From NCBI RefSeq assembly GCF_038443675.1, contig NZ_CP151762.1:3112987-3144986 (forward strand): a stretch of 32,000 nt of DNA. The letters are read 5' to 3'. This DNA is from Yoonia algicola. GTDB taxonomy: Bacteria; Pseudomonadota; Alphaproteobacteria; Rhodobacterales; Rhodobacteraceae. The translations under genes and the position numbers were made by a program. The number at the start of each line of letters is the position of its first letter. Within the stretch, counting starts at the first letter, position 1. This document shows, one piece after another, positions 17,694-27,985 of this stretch. The notes below the pieces were generated by a model, which was not told where the DNA came from, did not search any database, and was given only the letters and a program-made list of their open reading frames with translations.

Positions 17694-19052
17694 ATGGCTT
17701 CTGCAGCAGAGCAAATGGCAGCCAACGTCAGTTGGAGTGCCTTCGGCAAAGCAACTGAACTGCGCCAGCGCATTTTGTTTACGATCGGCTTGCTGATCAT
17801 TTATCGCCTTGGCACGTTTATTCCGGTTCCCGGAATTGATGGCATTGCCCTGCAGCAGTTTATGGATGACGCACAAGCGGGCATTGGCGGCATCTTGTCG
17901 ATGTTTACTGGTGGTGCGCTGTCGCGTATGGCCATTTTTACGCTTGGCATTATGCCCTACATCTCGGCCTCGATCGTGATGCAGCTTTTGGGCTCCATGT
18001 GGGAACCGCTCAAGAACCTCAAGAAAGAGGGCGAGCAGGGGCGTCGCAAACTCAACCAATACACCCGCTACTTCACCGTTGTTCTGGCGACAGCGCAGGC
18101 TTATGGCCTTGCTGTTAGTCTCGAAGCAGGCGGTTTGGCGGCTGATCCCGGGTTGTTCTTTCAGGCGTCGACCGTCATCACGATTGTTGGCGGTTGTATG
18201 TTCCTGATGTGGCTGGGTGAACAGATCACCGCACGCGGCATCGGTAATGGCATTTCATTGATCATTTTTGTCGGCATCATTGCTGAAATCCCTGCCGCAT
18301 TGGCACAGTTCTTGTCTCAGGGTCGTTCCGGCGCGATCAGCCCACTGGTAATTGTGGGCATTATCCTGATGCTGATTGTTGTCCTGACCTTTGTGGTGTT
18401 CATGGAGCGTTCGCTGCGCAAGATCCATATTCAATATCCACGCCAGCAGCGCGGTATGAAAGTCTATGACGGCTCTACCAGCCACCTGCCGATCAAAGTA
18501 AACCCTGCAGGCGTGATCCCGGCGATTTTTGCTTCGGCTTTGTTGTTGCTGCCAACGACGATCAGTACGTTTAACGGCGGCTCTTCTGGTCCGGTTATGT
18601 CAACTATTCTGGCGCTCTTTGGTCCCGGACAGCCGCTTTACCTGATCTTCTTTGGTGGGATGATTATCTTCTTCACGTATTTTTACACCCGTGAAGTTGC
18701 CTTCAAGACCGAGGACGTGGCCGAGAACCTCAAGAACCAGAACGGCTTTGTACCCGGCATTCGCCCGGGCAAAAAGACCCAAGAATACCTCGATTATGTC
18801 GTCACGCGTATTCTTGTACTGGGTTCCGGCTATCTGGCCTTGGTTGCGTTGCTGCCGGAGATCATCCGCGCCGAGCTGTCGATCCCATTCTACTTTGGCG
18901 GCACCTCGATCCTGATTATTGTGTCTGTAGGTATGGACACGATCCAGCAAATTCAGTCACACTTGGTGGCACATCAATACGAAGGCCTGATTGAGAAGTC
19001 TCAATTGCGTGGCAAGCGTAGCGCAAAACGTAAAGGGCCATCACGCCGATGA
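17694..19052 (+). CDS. secY: Preprotein translocase subunit SecY
   Basis: 452 aa, multi-TM. It contains [24 protein letters not shown] and [22 protein letters not shown]. Confidence 0.99.
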   Translation: MASAAEQMAANVSWSAFGKATELRQRILFTIGLLIIYRLGTFIPVPGIDGIALQQFMDDAQAGIGGILSMFTGGALSRMAIFTLGIMPYISASIVMQLLGSMWEPLKNLKKEGEQGRRKLNQYTRYFTVVLATAQAYGLAVSLEAGGLAADPGLFFQASTVITIVGGCMFLMWLGEQITARGIGNGISLIIFVGIIAEIPAALAQFLSQGRSGAISPLVIVGIILMLIVVLTFVVFMERSLRKIHIQYPRQQRGMKVYDGSTSHLPIKVNPAGVIPAIFASALLLLPTTISTFNGGSSGPVMSTILALFGPGQPLYLIFFGGMIIFFTYFYTREVAFKTEDVAENLKNQNGFVPGIRPGKKTQEYLDYVVTRILVLGSGYLALVALLPEIIRAELSIPFYFGGTSILIIVSVGMDTIQQIQSHLVAHQYEGLIEKSQLRGKRSAKRKGPSRR

Positions 19053-19702
19053 ATATCATTCTGCTGGGACCGCCGGGGGCGGGCAAGGGAACACAGGCAC
19101 GCAAGCTTGTTGAAGAGCGCAACATGGTGCAGCTCAGCACCGGAGACATGCTGCGCGCGGCCCGCACCAGTGGAACCGAAATGGGCAAGACGGTTGCAGC
19201 TGTCATGGACCGTGGCGATCTTGTCACCGATGAGATCGTGATCGGCCTGATCCGCGAACAGCTCGAAAGTGACGACGGCAAGGGCGGTTATATCTTTGAC
19301 GGTTTCCCGCGCACATTGGCGCAGGCTGATGCGTTGGGAAATCTCTTGGTCGAGATGGGTGAGAACCTTGACTGCGTGATCGAGATGCAAGTTGATGACG
19401 AAGCGCTTGTTGATCGCATCACCGCACGCTCAACCTGTGCCGACTGTGGTGAAGTCTATAATGACAATACCAAGCCGATCCCGGCGGATGGCAAATGCAC
19501 CAACTGTGGCGGCACGAATTTCCAGCGCCGTGCTGACGACAATGCAGACAGTCTCCGCACCCGTCTGATGGCCTATTACAAGCAAACGAGCCCGCTGGTT
19601 GGCTACTACTATGCCAAGGGTGATTTGCGTTCGGTTGATGGCCTTGCCAGCATGGATGACGTGGCAACCAGCATCGCTTCTGCGCTGCGTCAGTGCGAAT
19701 AA
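19049..19702 (+). CDS. adk: Adenylate kinase (Cys4 lid)
   Basis: 217 aa. It has the P-loop [10 protein letters not shown] and a lid with CADCG...CTNCGG. It overlaps secY by ATGA. Confidence 0.98.
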   Translation: MNIILLGPPGAGKGTQARKLVEERNMVQLSTGDMLRAARTSGTEMGKTVAAVMDRGDLVTDEIVIGLIREQLESDDGKGGYIFDGFPRTLAQADALGNLLVEMGENLDCVIEMQVDDEALVDRITARSTCADCGEVYNDNTKPIPADGKCTNCGGTNFQRRADDNADSLRTRLMAYYKQTSPLVGYYYAKGDLRSVDGLASMDDVATSIASALRQCE

Positions 19703-19767
19703 ATCCTGACAATATTTGATGGGGCATAGCGGTTTTAGCAAAAAGCCTTTTATGCTGCCCCCGCGCC

Positions 19768-19796
19768 TTGACGCCTTGGCAAATGCCCCCTAAACA
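19768..19796 (+). promoter_or_regulatory. Candidate promoter for rpsM operon (TTGACG-N16-CTAAAC)
   Basis: gcgcCTTGACGccttggcaaatgccccCTAAACag. It sits ~160 nt upstream of the rpsM start. Confidence 0.4.
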
Positions 19797-19954
19797 GCGC
19801 CATCCCCAAGGGGAATCAATTTGTGGTTACTGGGTCGCCCCCAAAGATCACAAGACACCTCGATATGACGCAGCCCGGCGCCCTTAAAGGTCCGGGCTTC
19901 CGTTGTGAAAAAGGGTCTGGAACGACGGACCCGCAACGAAAAGGAATTGCACAC

Positions 19955-20323
19955 GTGGCACGTATTGCCGGCGTAAACATCCCGACTGCAAAGCGGGTTC
20001 CAATCGCCCTCACCTACATCACCGGTATTGGTTCTGCCAAAGCCGAAGAAATCTGCGAAGCGGTCAATATTGACCGCGCGCGCCGTGTCAACCAACTCTC
20101 TGATGCAGAAGTGCTGTCGATCCGTGAATATATCGACGCCAACCTGACAGTAGAAGGTGACCTGCGTCGCGAGACACAGATGAACATCAAGCGTCTGATG
20201 GACCTTGGTTGCTACCGTGGCCTGCGTCACCGTCGTAACCTGCCCGTTCGTGGTCAGCGTACTTCTACAAACGCACGTACACGCAAGGGCCCTGCAAAGG
20301 CCATTGCCGGTAAGAAGAAATAA
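19955..20323 (+). CDS. rpsM: 30S ribosomal protein S13
   Basis: (V->M)[14 protein letters not shown] is the S13 N-terminus. It uses a GTG start at 19955 with an AAAGGAA SD. The track ORF from 19823 is an upstream extension. Confidence 0.96.
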   Translation: MARIAGVNIPTAKRVPIALTYITGIGSAKAEEICEAVNIDRARRVNQLSDAEVLSIREYIDANLTVEGDLRRETQMNIKRLMDLGCYRGLRHRRNLPVRGQRTSTNARTRKGPAKAIAGKKK

Positions 20324-20337
20324 GGGAGGCTTGATCA

Positions 20338-20727
20338 ATGGCACGTGATACAAAACGCACCAAGAAGAAGGTTTCCAAGAACATCGCAGCTGGTGTTGCG
20401 CATGTGAACTCTTCTTTCAACAATACAAAAATCCTGATCTCTGACGTGCAGGGCAACGCCATTTCTTGGTCGTCTGCTGGTACGATGGGTTTCAAAGGTT
20501 CGCGGAAATCCACACCTTATGCCGCTCAAATGGCTGCTGAGGATGCAGGCAAGAAAGCACAAGATCACGGCGTGAAAACGCTCGAAGTCGAAGTGCAGGG
20601 CCCCGGTTCCGGTCGTGAATCTGCGCTTCGCGCATTGGCCGCAGTTGGTTTCAACATCACATCGATCCGTGACGTGACACCAATGGCCCACAACGGTTGC
20701 CGCCCACCAAAGCGCCGCCGCGTCTAA
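20338..20727 (+). CDS. rpsK: 30S ribosomal protein S11
   Basis: 129 aa. It contains [18 protein letters not shown] and [23 protein letters not shown]. Confidence 0.99.
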   Translation: MARDTKRTKKKVSKNIAAGVAHVNSSFNNTKILISDVQGNAISWSSAGTMGFKGSRKSTPYAAQMAAEDAGKKAQDHGVKTLEVEVQGPGSGRESALRALAAVGFNITSIRDVTPMAHNGCRPPKRRRV

Positions 20728-20838
20728 TTACACCCAAACGCCTTGGGGTCGTGCATAATTTCGCACGGCCCCAATCCGTCATTTTAACCTCGGGCGTCAG
20801 CCTTTTGATCATGAAGGCAGGCTAGTATGGAGGGACAT

Positions 20839-21855
20839 ATGATCCACAAAAACTGGGCTGAGTTGATTAAGCCAACTCAATTAGAAGTTAAGCCGGGCAA
20901 CGATCCTGCGCGTCAGGCCACCGTCATTGCAGAACCACTCGAGCGTGGCTTTGGTTTGACATTGGGCAACGCCCTGCGCCGTATTTTGATGAGCTCCCTT
21001 CAGGGTGCTGCGATTACTGCTGTTCAGATTGACAACGTATTGCACGAGTTTTCATCCGTGTCTGGTGTGCGTGAAGACGTCACTGACATCGTTTTGAACC
21101 TCAAAGGTGTTGCGATCCGCATGGAAGTCGAAGGGCCAAAGCGTTTGTCCGTTCAGGCCAAAGGCCCTGGCGTTGTGACAGCTGCTGATATCTCTGAGAC
21201 TGCCGGTATCGAGATCCTGAACAAGGATCACGTGATCTGTCACCTTGATGAAGGTGCTGATCTTTACATGGAACTGACCGTGAATACCGGTAAGGGCTAT
21301 GTTGCGGCGGACAAGAACAAGCCAGAAGACGCACCGATCGGCATGATGGCCGTTGATGCGATCTACTCGCCTGTCAAAAAAGTCAGCTATGACGTGCAGC
21401 CTACCCGCGAAGGTCAGGTTCTGGATTATGACAAGCTGACGATGAAGGTCGAAACCGATGGGTCGCTGACCCCTGACGATGCAGTCGCTTACGCGGCCCG
21501 CATCCTGCAGGACCAGCTGTCGATCTTCGTCAACTTTGATGAACCTGAATCAGCAACAGCTGGCGCGGATGATGACGGTCTTGAGTTCAACCCGCTTCTG
21601 CTCAAGAAAGTGGACGAATTGGAACTGTCTGTGCGTTCGGCAAACTGCCTCAAGAACGACAACATCGTGTATATCGGCGATCTGATCCAGAAAACCGAAG
21701 CGGAAATGCTGCGCACACCGAACTTTGGCCGCAAATCTTTGAACGAGATCAAAGAAGTGTTGTCAGGCATGGGTCTGCATCTCGGCATGGACGTTGAGGA
21801 CTGGCCGCCGGACAACATCGAAGATCTGGCCAAGAAGTTCGAAGACCAGTTCTAA
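20839..21855 (+). CDS. rpoA: DNA-directed RNA polymerase subunit alpha
   Basis: 338 aa. It has an alpha-NTD plus a CTD ([24 protein letters not shown]...[17 protein letters not shown]). The start is moved to ATG 20839 so that GGAGGGA (20829-20835) acts as the SD. Confidence 0.97.
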   Translation: MIHKNWAELIKPTQLEVKPGNDPARQATVIAEPLERGFGLTLGNALRRILMSSLQGAAITAVQIDNVLHEFSSVSGVREDVTDIVLNLKGVAIRMEVEGPKRLSVQAKGPGVVTAADISETAGIEILNKDHVICHLDEGADLYMELTVNTGKGYVAADKNKPEDAPIGMMAVDAIYSPVKKVSYDVQPTREGQVLDYDKLTMKVETDGSLTPDDAVAYAARILQDQLSIFVNFDEPESATAGADDDGLEFNPLLLKKVDELELSVRSANCLKNDNIVYIGDLIQKTEAEMLRTPNFGRKSLNEIKEVLSGMGLHLGMDVEDWPPDNIEDLAKKFEDQF

Positions 21856-21860
21856 GAATT

Positions 21861-21883
21861 AGGGTGGGCTTACGAGCCCACCC
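21861..21883. repeat. REP-like half unit (tAGGGTGGGCttacGAGCCCACCC)
   Basis: It is a hairpin with the same (G)TAGGGTGGG head as the right half of the 2831-2870 palindrome. Confidence 0.45.
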
Positions 21884-21990
21884 AATAAATGCCCGCACTG
21901 GCGGGGAACATCCTGGGCATGGTGCCCCACTAACGGAGCCAGCGACACGCATCGCATCGGCCCATCCTAAAACAAAATGGAGACTATCAC

Positions 21991-22410
21991 ATGCGTCACG
22001 CACGAGGTTACCGCCGCCTGAACCGCACACACGAGCACCGCAAAGCGCTGTTCGCGAACATGGCTGGCTCGCTCATTGAACATGAGCAAATCAAGACAAC
22101 ATTGCCAAAGGCGAAAGAACTTCGCCGTATCGTCGAAAAGCTGGTCACATTGGGCAAGCGCGGCGATCTGCATGCACGCCGTCAGGCCAATGCACAGTTG
22201 AAGCAGGAAATGCACACTGCGAAACTGTTTGAAGTGCTGGGCCCACGTTACGCCGAGCGTCAGGGCGGCTATGTCCGCATCATCAAAGCGGGTTTCCGTT
22301 ACGGTGACATGGCGCCAATGGCGATCATCGAATTTATCGACCGCGACGTCGATGCAAAAGGCGCTGCCGACAAAGCACGTCTGGCTGAATATGAGGCCGC
22401 TGAGGATTAA
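21991..22410 (+). CDS. rplQ: 50S ribosomal protein L17
   Basis: 139 aa. It contains [37 protein letters not shown]. Confidence 0.99.
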   Translation: MRHARGYRRLNRTHEHRKALFANMAGSLIEHEQIKTTLPKAKELRRIVEKLVTLGKRGDLHARRQANAQLKQEMHTAKLFEVLGPRYAERQGGYVRIIKAGFRYGDMAPMAIIEFIDRDVDAKGAADKARLAEYEAAED

Positions 22411-22436
22411 TTTCCCGGGCATCGCCTGAATTTCGC

Positions 22437-22472
22437 AAAGCCCTGCCACACCGGCGGGGCTTTCGCTTTTTT
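22437..22472 (+). terminator. Rho-independent terminator after rplQ
   Basis: aaaGCCCTGCCacaccGGCGGGGCttt, then cgc and T6. Confidence 0.65.
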
Positions 22473-22494
22473 GAACAAAGCTTATGTTTCTGCC

Positions 22495-23804
22495 ATGGCC
22501 GATCTTTTTGACAGCACCCCCACAGATACCCCCGCAGGCCCGCGCCCGCTGGCGGATCGGCTGCGGCCAAAAACGCTGTCCGAGGTCATTGGCCAGCGGC
22601 AAGTCCTAGGGCCCGACGCGCCCTTGGGAACGATGCTCGCCTCGGGGTCGCTGTCTTCGCTGATTTTTTGGGGTCCGCCCGGTGTTGGCAAAACGACTAT
22701 CGCACGTTTGCTGGCTACCGAGACTGATCTGCATTTCGTTCAAATCAGCGCAATTTTTACAGGCGTGCCGGAACTGCGCAAGGTGTTTGAGGCCGCCAGG
22801 ATGCGTCGCCAGAACGGCAAGGGTACCCTGCTGTTCGTCGATGAAATCCACCGATTCAACAAAGCCCAACAAGACGGGTTTCTGCCATATATGGAGGACG
22901 GTACGATCCTTTTGGTGGGGGCTACGACGGAGAACCCTAGCTTTGAGTTGAACGCCGCTGTGCTCAGCCGCTCTCAGGTGTTTATTCTGACGCGTCTTGA
23001 TCCGAAAGACCTCGAATTGCTGGCACAGCGCGCCGAAAAGGAGCTTGGCCGCGCTTTGCCGCTTGATGGCCATGCGCGTGAGACGCTTTTGAACATGGCG
23101 GATGGTGATGGTCGCGCTCTGCTAAATTTAATCGAACAAGTCGCCGCTTGGAAAACCGATGCTAAGCTCACGGTCGATGATCTGACAAAACGCCTGATGA
23201 AGCGTGCCGCAAAATACGACAAATCTGGTGATGAGCACTATAATCTGATCAGCGCCTTGCACAAATCTGTGCGTGGGTCAGACCCTGATGCTGCCCTTTA
23301 CTGGTTTGCCCGTATGCTGGCCGGTGGTGAAGATCCGCGGTTTCTGGCGCGTCGCATTACACGCATGGCGGTTGAAGATATTGGCCTTGCTGATCCACAG
23401 GCGCAGGCCATTTGCCTCCAATCATGGGAAACATATGAACGCCTTGGATCGCCTGAAGGCGAGTTGGCGCTGGCACAAGCGGTCACCTATCTGGCGCTCG
23501 CACCTAAATCGAATGCGACCTATGTAGCTTATAAAGGTGCTATGGCGGCGGCCAAGCAGACCGGATCGGAACCACCCCCGCCCATATCCTGAACGCCCCG
23601 ACGACATTGATGAAGGAACAAGGCTTTGGTGCGGGCTATGCCTATGACCACGATGCCGAGGACGGGTTCAGCGGGCAGAATTATTTCCCAGAAACAATGA
23701 AGCGCGGCGTCTATTACATCCCTGTTGATCGCGGTTTCGAGCGTGAGCTGAAAAAGCGGGTTGATTTCTTTGCGGGCCTGCGCGCGAAGCGTGGCAAGAA
23801 TTGA
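22495..23804 (+). pseudogene. rarA: Replication-associated recombination protein A (RarA/MgsA AAA+ ATPase), reading frame broken near 23572-23583
   Basis: Frame 1 (22495-23592) encodes MADLF...GPPGVGKTT...LLFVDEIHRFNK... and ends ...TGSEPPPPIS*. A second frame continues HILNAPTTLMKEQGFGAGYAYDHD... to 23804, which is the conserved RarA C-terminus. Adding one C to the C3 run at 23581-23583 (just before the 'at' at 23584-23585), within the ccacccccgccc stretch, restores EPPPPHILNAPT. Confidence 0.8.
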
Positions 23805-23835
23805 CAATGCCGCAGCGAACCGCCACAGCAACCGC

Positions 23836-24195
23836 ATGATGACACCTGTAATCTCTGTGGCCCTTGGCGGGGCAATCGGCTCTGTGCTGCGCTATCTGAT
23901 CGGTTTGGTCGTGGCGTTTCCCTTGGGCACGCTTACCGTCAATGTGATCGGGTCTTTCGCGATTGGCCTGATCTGGGTGCATTTGGCGGAACGTGGCTTG
24001 CAGCATTGGTTGCCGTTCTTAATGACCGGCATACTAGGTGGGTTTACGACGTTTTCAGCGTTCACATTGGATGCGCTACGTTTGGTGGAAGAAGGCCGTA
24101 TGACGGCTGCGGGGGCCTATGTGCTGGCCTCTTTGATACTGTCGGTTCTTGCCTGCGCAGCAGGTCTTTGGATCGCAAGAGGAATGACAACATGA
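23836..24195 (+). CDS. crcB: Fluoride ion channel CrcB/FluC
   Basis: 119 aa from ATG 23836 (MMTPVISVALGGAIGSVLRY...). It has the GILGGFTTFSAF signature and is hydrophobic throughout. Confidence 0.9.
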   Translation: MMTPVISVALGGAIGSVLRYLIGLVVAFPLGTLTVNVIGSFAIGLIWVHLAERGLQHWLPFLMTGILGGFTTFSAFTLDALRLVEEGRMTAAGAYVLASLILSVLACAAGLWIARGMTT

Positions 24196-25247
24196 GTGGC
24201 GTACAAACGCGGGTGATCGGCCCTGATGACGGCGACCAGCGGCTTGACCGTTATCTGCGCCGCCTGTTTCCGCATCTGACCCAAGGGCGCATCGAAAAGA
24301 TGTGCCGCAAAGGCGAGTTGCGTGTGGACGGAGGCCGCGTGAAATCGAACACGCGTCTCGATATCGGGCAAAAGGTCCGTATTCCGCCTTTGCCGACCGA
24401 GGAGGAGGCCGCAGCGGCCGCCAACCTTGCCAAGCGCGGGGTCACTAAGGCGGATGCCAAGCTAATCCAGTCCTGCGTGATCTACAAAGACGACCATATC
24501 ATCGCCATCAACAAACCGCATGGTTTGGCCACCCAAGGCGGCACGAATACCACGCGCCATGTCGACGGTCTGGCCGAGGCGTTGATGTTCGACTACGACG
24601 AAAAGCCCCGTCTGGTGCACCGTCTGGACAAGGACACATCGGGTGTGCTGCTGCTGGCGCGCACCCGCATGATGGCCAAGCAGTTGACCGAGAACCTTAA
24701 GCACCGCGAGACCCGAAAGATTTACTGGGCCGCCGTTGCAGGTGTGCCGCATCCGCGGGCAGGGACGATTAAATATGGTCTCGTGAAAGCGTCCGGTCAT
24801 GGTCGTGGTGGCGAAAATGAAAAGATGCGCTGCGTGCATCCGCGTGATCTGGATAGTGTCGAGGGTGCGAAACGCGCGACAAGTGATTACGCTGTCATGG
24901 ATACGCTGGCGAGCCGCGCGTCGTGGTGTGCCTTGGTTCCGATCACGGGGCGCACGCACCAGCTACGCGCACATATGGCCGAGATTGGGCATCCGATTAT
25001 CGGTGATGGCAAATATGGCGGGTCCAGTCAGGAAAACCTTGGCGATGGCTGGGGCGCTGGCATGGGCAGTGAAATCGGGCGCAAGCTCCATCTGCATGCC
25101 CGCAGCTTGACGATTGAGCACCCTGCAACAGGGGCGATCCTGCATCTGACGGCCCCGCTGCCAGAGCATATGCAAAACACGTGGGATTTCGTGGGCTGGG
25201 TTGTCGGCCACGCCCCTGTTGATCCGTTCAATATGCCTGATGAGTGA
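24192..25247 (+). CDS. rluC: RluA-family 23S rRNA pseudouridine synthase with N-terminal S4 domain (RluC-like)
   Basis: 351 aa from ATG 24192, overlapping the crcB stop by ATGA. It has an S4-like RLDRYLRRLFP...RIEKMCRKGELRVDG and the catalytic motif HRLDKDTSGVLLLAR. Confidence 0.85.
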   Translation: MSGVQTRVIGPDDGDQRLDRYLRRLFPHLTQGRIEKMCRKGELRVDGGRVKSNTRLDIGQKVRIPPLPTEEEAAAAANLAKRGVTKADAKLIQSCVIYKDDHIIAINKPHGLATQGGTNTTRHVDGLAEALMFDYDEKPRLVHRLDKDTSGVLLLARTRMMAKQLTENLKHRETRKIYWAAVAGVPHPRAGTIKYGLVKASGHGRGGENEKMRCVHPRDLDSVEGAKRATSDYAVMDTLASRASWCALVPITGRTHQLRAHMAEIGHPIIGDGKYGGSSQENLGDGWGAGMGSEIGRKLHLHARSLTIEHPATGAILHLTAPLPEHMQNTWDFVGWVVGHAPVDPFNMPDE

Positions 25248-25905
25248 TCTGCGGCTGGTCATCTTCGATGTTGACGGCACGCTTGTCGACAGTCAGGCCG
25301 AAATTATGGCGGCGATGGCTTTGGCGTTTCAGTCCGAGAGGCTTATTTTGCCAGAGCGCAAGGTCGTATTGTCGATCGTCGGGTTATCGCTGGCCGAGGC
25401 ATTTCAGACCCTTTGCCCTGATGTGGATGACGGGCGCCGCGCACGGATGGTGGAAGCCTATAAAGCCGCTTTTATGTCGCTACGCACCCAGAACCAAGAG
25501 ATGGGACCGCTGTTTCCTGGTGCTCTTGAGGCGCTGGATGTGTTGCGCGCGCAGGATCACACGCTCTTGGCGGTTGCCACAGGAAAATCGCGACGGGGCC
25601 TCGATAAAGTGCTGGAACGGCACGGGCTGAAAGGGATGTTTCACTCCGAGCAAGTCGCTGATCACCACCCTTCCAAACCGAACCCTTCGATGATCCTCAC
25701 AGCTTTGACCGAAACCGGTGTTGTGCCGCAAAAGGCCGTGATGCTGGGCGATACGACCTTTGATATGGATATGGCGCGCGCGGCGGGGATCAAAAAGATC
25801 GGGGTCACGTGGGGGTATCATCCTGCCGCCTCGCTGCAACCTGACGCAATGATCGACGATTTTGCAGCGCTGGCGGGCGCTGTGGACCAACTGATAGGTT
25901 TCTGA
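25240..25905 (+). CDS. HAD-IA family hydrolase (phosphoglycolate phosphatase-like)
   Basis: 221 aa from ATG 25240, with an 8-nt overlap with the upstream gene. Motifs are IFDVDGTLVDS, VATGKS and GDTTFDMDMA. Confidence 0.85.
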   Translation: MSDLRLVIFDVDGTLVDSQAEIMAAMALAFQSERLILPERKVVLSIVGLSLAEAFQTLCPDVDDGRRARMVEAYKAAFMSLRTQNQEMGPLFPGALEALDVLRAQDHTLLAVATGKSRRGLDKVLERHGLKGMFHSEQVADHHPSKPNPSMILTALTETGVVPQKAVMLGDTTFDMDMARAAGIKKIGVTWGYHPAASLQPDAMIDDFAALAGAVDQLIGF

Positions 25906-25908
25906 ACG

Positions 25909-26619
25909 ATGAGTGACTGGCAATCCAAGCGGTTCTGGAAAAAGGCGCAGGCAGAGGCCTGTGAAGGTGGTTTCACGGTCTTGCTGGACGGGCGTCCGGT
26001 GCGCACGCCCGCAAAAGCGCCTTTTGCGGTGCCAACCCTACTTATGGCGGAAGCGATTGCCGCTGAATGGGACGCACAGGAAAAAGTAATAGATCCACGC
26101 ACGATGCCAGTGACCCGCGGCGCGAATGCCGCCATTGATAAAGTACGCACCCAGCGCGATGAAGTGATTGCGATGCTTGCCGAATATGGTGATAGCGATC
26201 TGCTTTGCTACCGTGCTGCGGGCCCTGAGGGCCTGATCCAGAAACAGTCTGAGGCGTGGGATCCGATGCTGGACTGGGCGGCGGAAACGCTGGAAGTCCG
26301 CCTTTTCGTGGGGGAGGGTGTGATGCATGTGGCGCAACAGCCAGAGGCACTGGTCAAGCTGAAAAACGAGCTTGCCGCGTTCGATGAGTTCGCCTTGGCT
26401 GCCGTGCATGATTTGATTAGCCTCTCGGGCTCTTTGATCTTGGCGCTTGGTGTCACGCGAGAGGCAATTCCGGTTGAAGAGGCTTGGCTTCTTTCGCGCA
26501 TAGATGAGCATTGGCAAATCGCACAGTGGGGCGAAGATGAGGAAGCTACAGCGGCAGAAATGACCAAGCGGCAGGCATTTCTGGATGCTGCACGTTTTTA
26601 CAGGCTTTCACTGACCTAG
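25909..26619 (+). CDS. ATP12-family F1-ATPase assembly chaperone
   Basis: 236 aa. KRFWKKA...GFTVLLDGRPVRTPAKAPFAVPT..LAEAIAAEWDAQ...IDPRTMPVTRGANAAID matches the ATP12 (PF07542) pattern. Confidence 0.8.
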   Translation: MSDWQSKRFWKKAQAEACEGGFTVLLDGRPVRTPAKAPFAVPTLLMAEAIAAEWDAQEKVIDPRTMPVTRGANAAIDKVRTQRDEVIAMLAEYGDSDLLCYRAAGPEGLIQKQSEAWDPMLDWAAETLEVRLFVGEGVMHVAQQPEALVKLKNELAAFDEFALAAVHDLISLSGSLILALGVTREAIPVEEAWLLSRIDEHWQIAQWGEDEEATAAEMTKRQAFLDAARFYRLSLT

Positions 26620-26836
26620 GGGAAAGTTGATGTTTAGGCCGGATTCACCAAAAAGTGCCTCATTTATCAGCAAGTGAACAGTGTTTTTCAGCAGCCGCCC
26701 TTGACTCTAGACCAGAATACCCAAACTCTCTTTGCATTGGGTTGGCAAGATCAACTCATTCATCATTACTGTCTATCGGGACGGGATAAAAATTGGCTGC
26801 CCTAATAATGGGGCAGAAACTCAGGAAGAGGTAAAA

Positions 26837-27856
26837 ATGAAAAAAACCGCATTTTACGGCGCACTCACTGTTGCAGGTTTCGCTGCAAGCATGGCATCTG
26901 CGGCAACGCTTGATGACGTGAAAGAGCGCGGCACACTGAACTGTGGCGTGACAACCGGCCTGATCGGCTTTGCATCGCCTGATGCGAACGGCGTTTGGGA
27001 AGGTTTCGACGTCGGCGTATGCCGCGCGGTTGCTGCTGCTGTTCTGGGCGATCCAACTGCTGTTGAATTCGTACCAACAACGGGTAAGACACGCTTTACA
27101 GCGCTGGCTTCCGGCGAGATCGACGTGCTGGCACGTAACACCACATGGACATTCAGCCGTGACGTTGACCTGAAGTTCGAATTTGTTGGCATCAACTACT
27201 ACGATGGTCAGGGCTTCATTGCGCCACGCGATCTTGGTGTTTCTTCTGCGAAGGAACTTGATGGTGCAACTGTCTGCATCCAGACAGGGACAACAACAGA
27301 GCTGAACCTGGCCGATTACTTCCGCGCCAACAACATCAGCTATGAGCCGGTGCCTATTGAAACGAACGCTGAAGGTCAGCAGCAGTACCTTGCTGGTGCT
27401 TGCGACGTTTACACAACTGACGCATCCGGTCTGGCTGCGACACGTGCTGCGTTCGAGAACCCACAGGATCACATCATCCTGCCAGAGATCATCTCGAAAG
27501 AGCCACTTGGTCCGCTTGTTCGCCACGGCGACAACGACTGGGCTGACGTTGTCCGTTGGACACTCAACGCTCTGATCGCAGCTGAAGAGCTGGGCGTCAC
27601 ATCTGCCAACATCGAAGAGCTGGCAGCGGCACCAACAGGTAACCCAGAAGTCAACCGTCTGCTGGGCACCGAAGATGAACTGGGCGCAATGCTGGGTCTG
27701 GAAGCGGACTGGGCGAAAAACGCAATCGCCGCTGGTGGTAACTACGGCGAGTTGTTCGAAAAGAACATCGGTGAGAACACACCAATCGGTCTGGCGCGCG
27801 GTCTGAACGCGCAGTGGACCGAAGGTGGTCTGCTCTACACTCCGCCATTCCGCTAA
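26837..27856 (+). CDS. aapJ: Polar/general L-amino-acid ABC transporter periplasmic binding protein
   Basis: 339 aa from ATG 26837. It has a signal peptide (MKKTAFYGALTVAGFAASMASA|A) and family-3 SBP sequence. It is followed by two permeases and an ATPase in aapJQMP/bztABCD order. Confidence 0.88.
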   Translation: MKKTAFYGALTVAGFAASMASAATLDDVKERGTLNCGVTTGLIGFASPDANGVWEGFDVGVCRAVAAAVLGDPTAVEFVPTTGKTRFTALASGEIDVLARNTTWTFSRDVDLKFEFVGINYYDGQGFIAPRDLGVSSAKELDGATVCIQTGTTTELNLADYFRANNISYEPVPIETNAEGQQQYLAGACDVYTTDASGLAATRAAFENPQDHIILPEIISKEPLGPLVRHGDNDWADVVRWTLNALIAAEELGVTSANIEELAAAPTGNPEVNRLLGTEDELGAMLGLEADWAKNAIAAGGNYGELFEKNIGENTPIGLARGLNAQWTEGGLLYTPPFR

Positions 27857-27985
27857 GGAATTCGGATAAGATCAAAGGGCGCGGTATTCACCGCGCCCTT
27901 TCACCAAGACGACCATAAAAAATCAGCGCAAACGAGTTGCAAAAGCAACCAACACACAAAGCGCTGAAGCAACGGGGAAAACATA

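Noticed and set aside
23790-23850. There may be a fluoride riboswitch upstream of crcB (AACCGCC and AUGAUGACACCUG resemble parts of the crcB motif).
   Set aside because: I could not find the 5' GGCGAUGG..UUCGCC helix and pseudoknot partner. The 3' match is simply the crcB start codons. The region overlaps the rarA C-terminal coding sequence, leaving only ~31 nt of spacer. An Infernal search with the Rfam fluoride-riboswitch (crcB motif) model would settle it.
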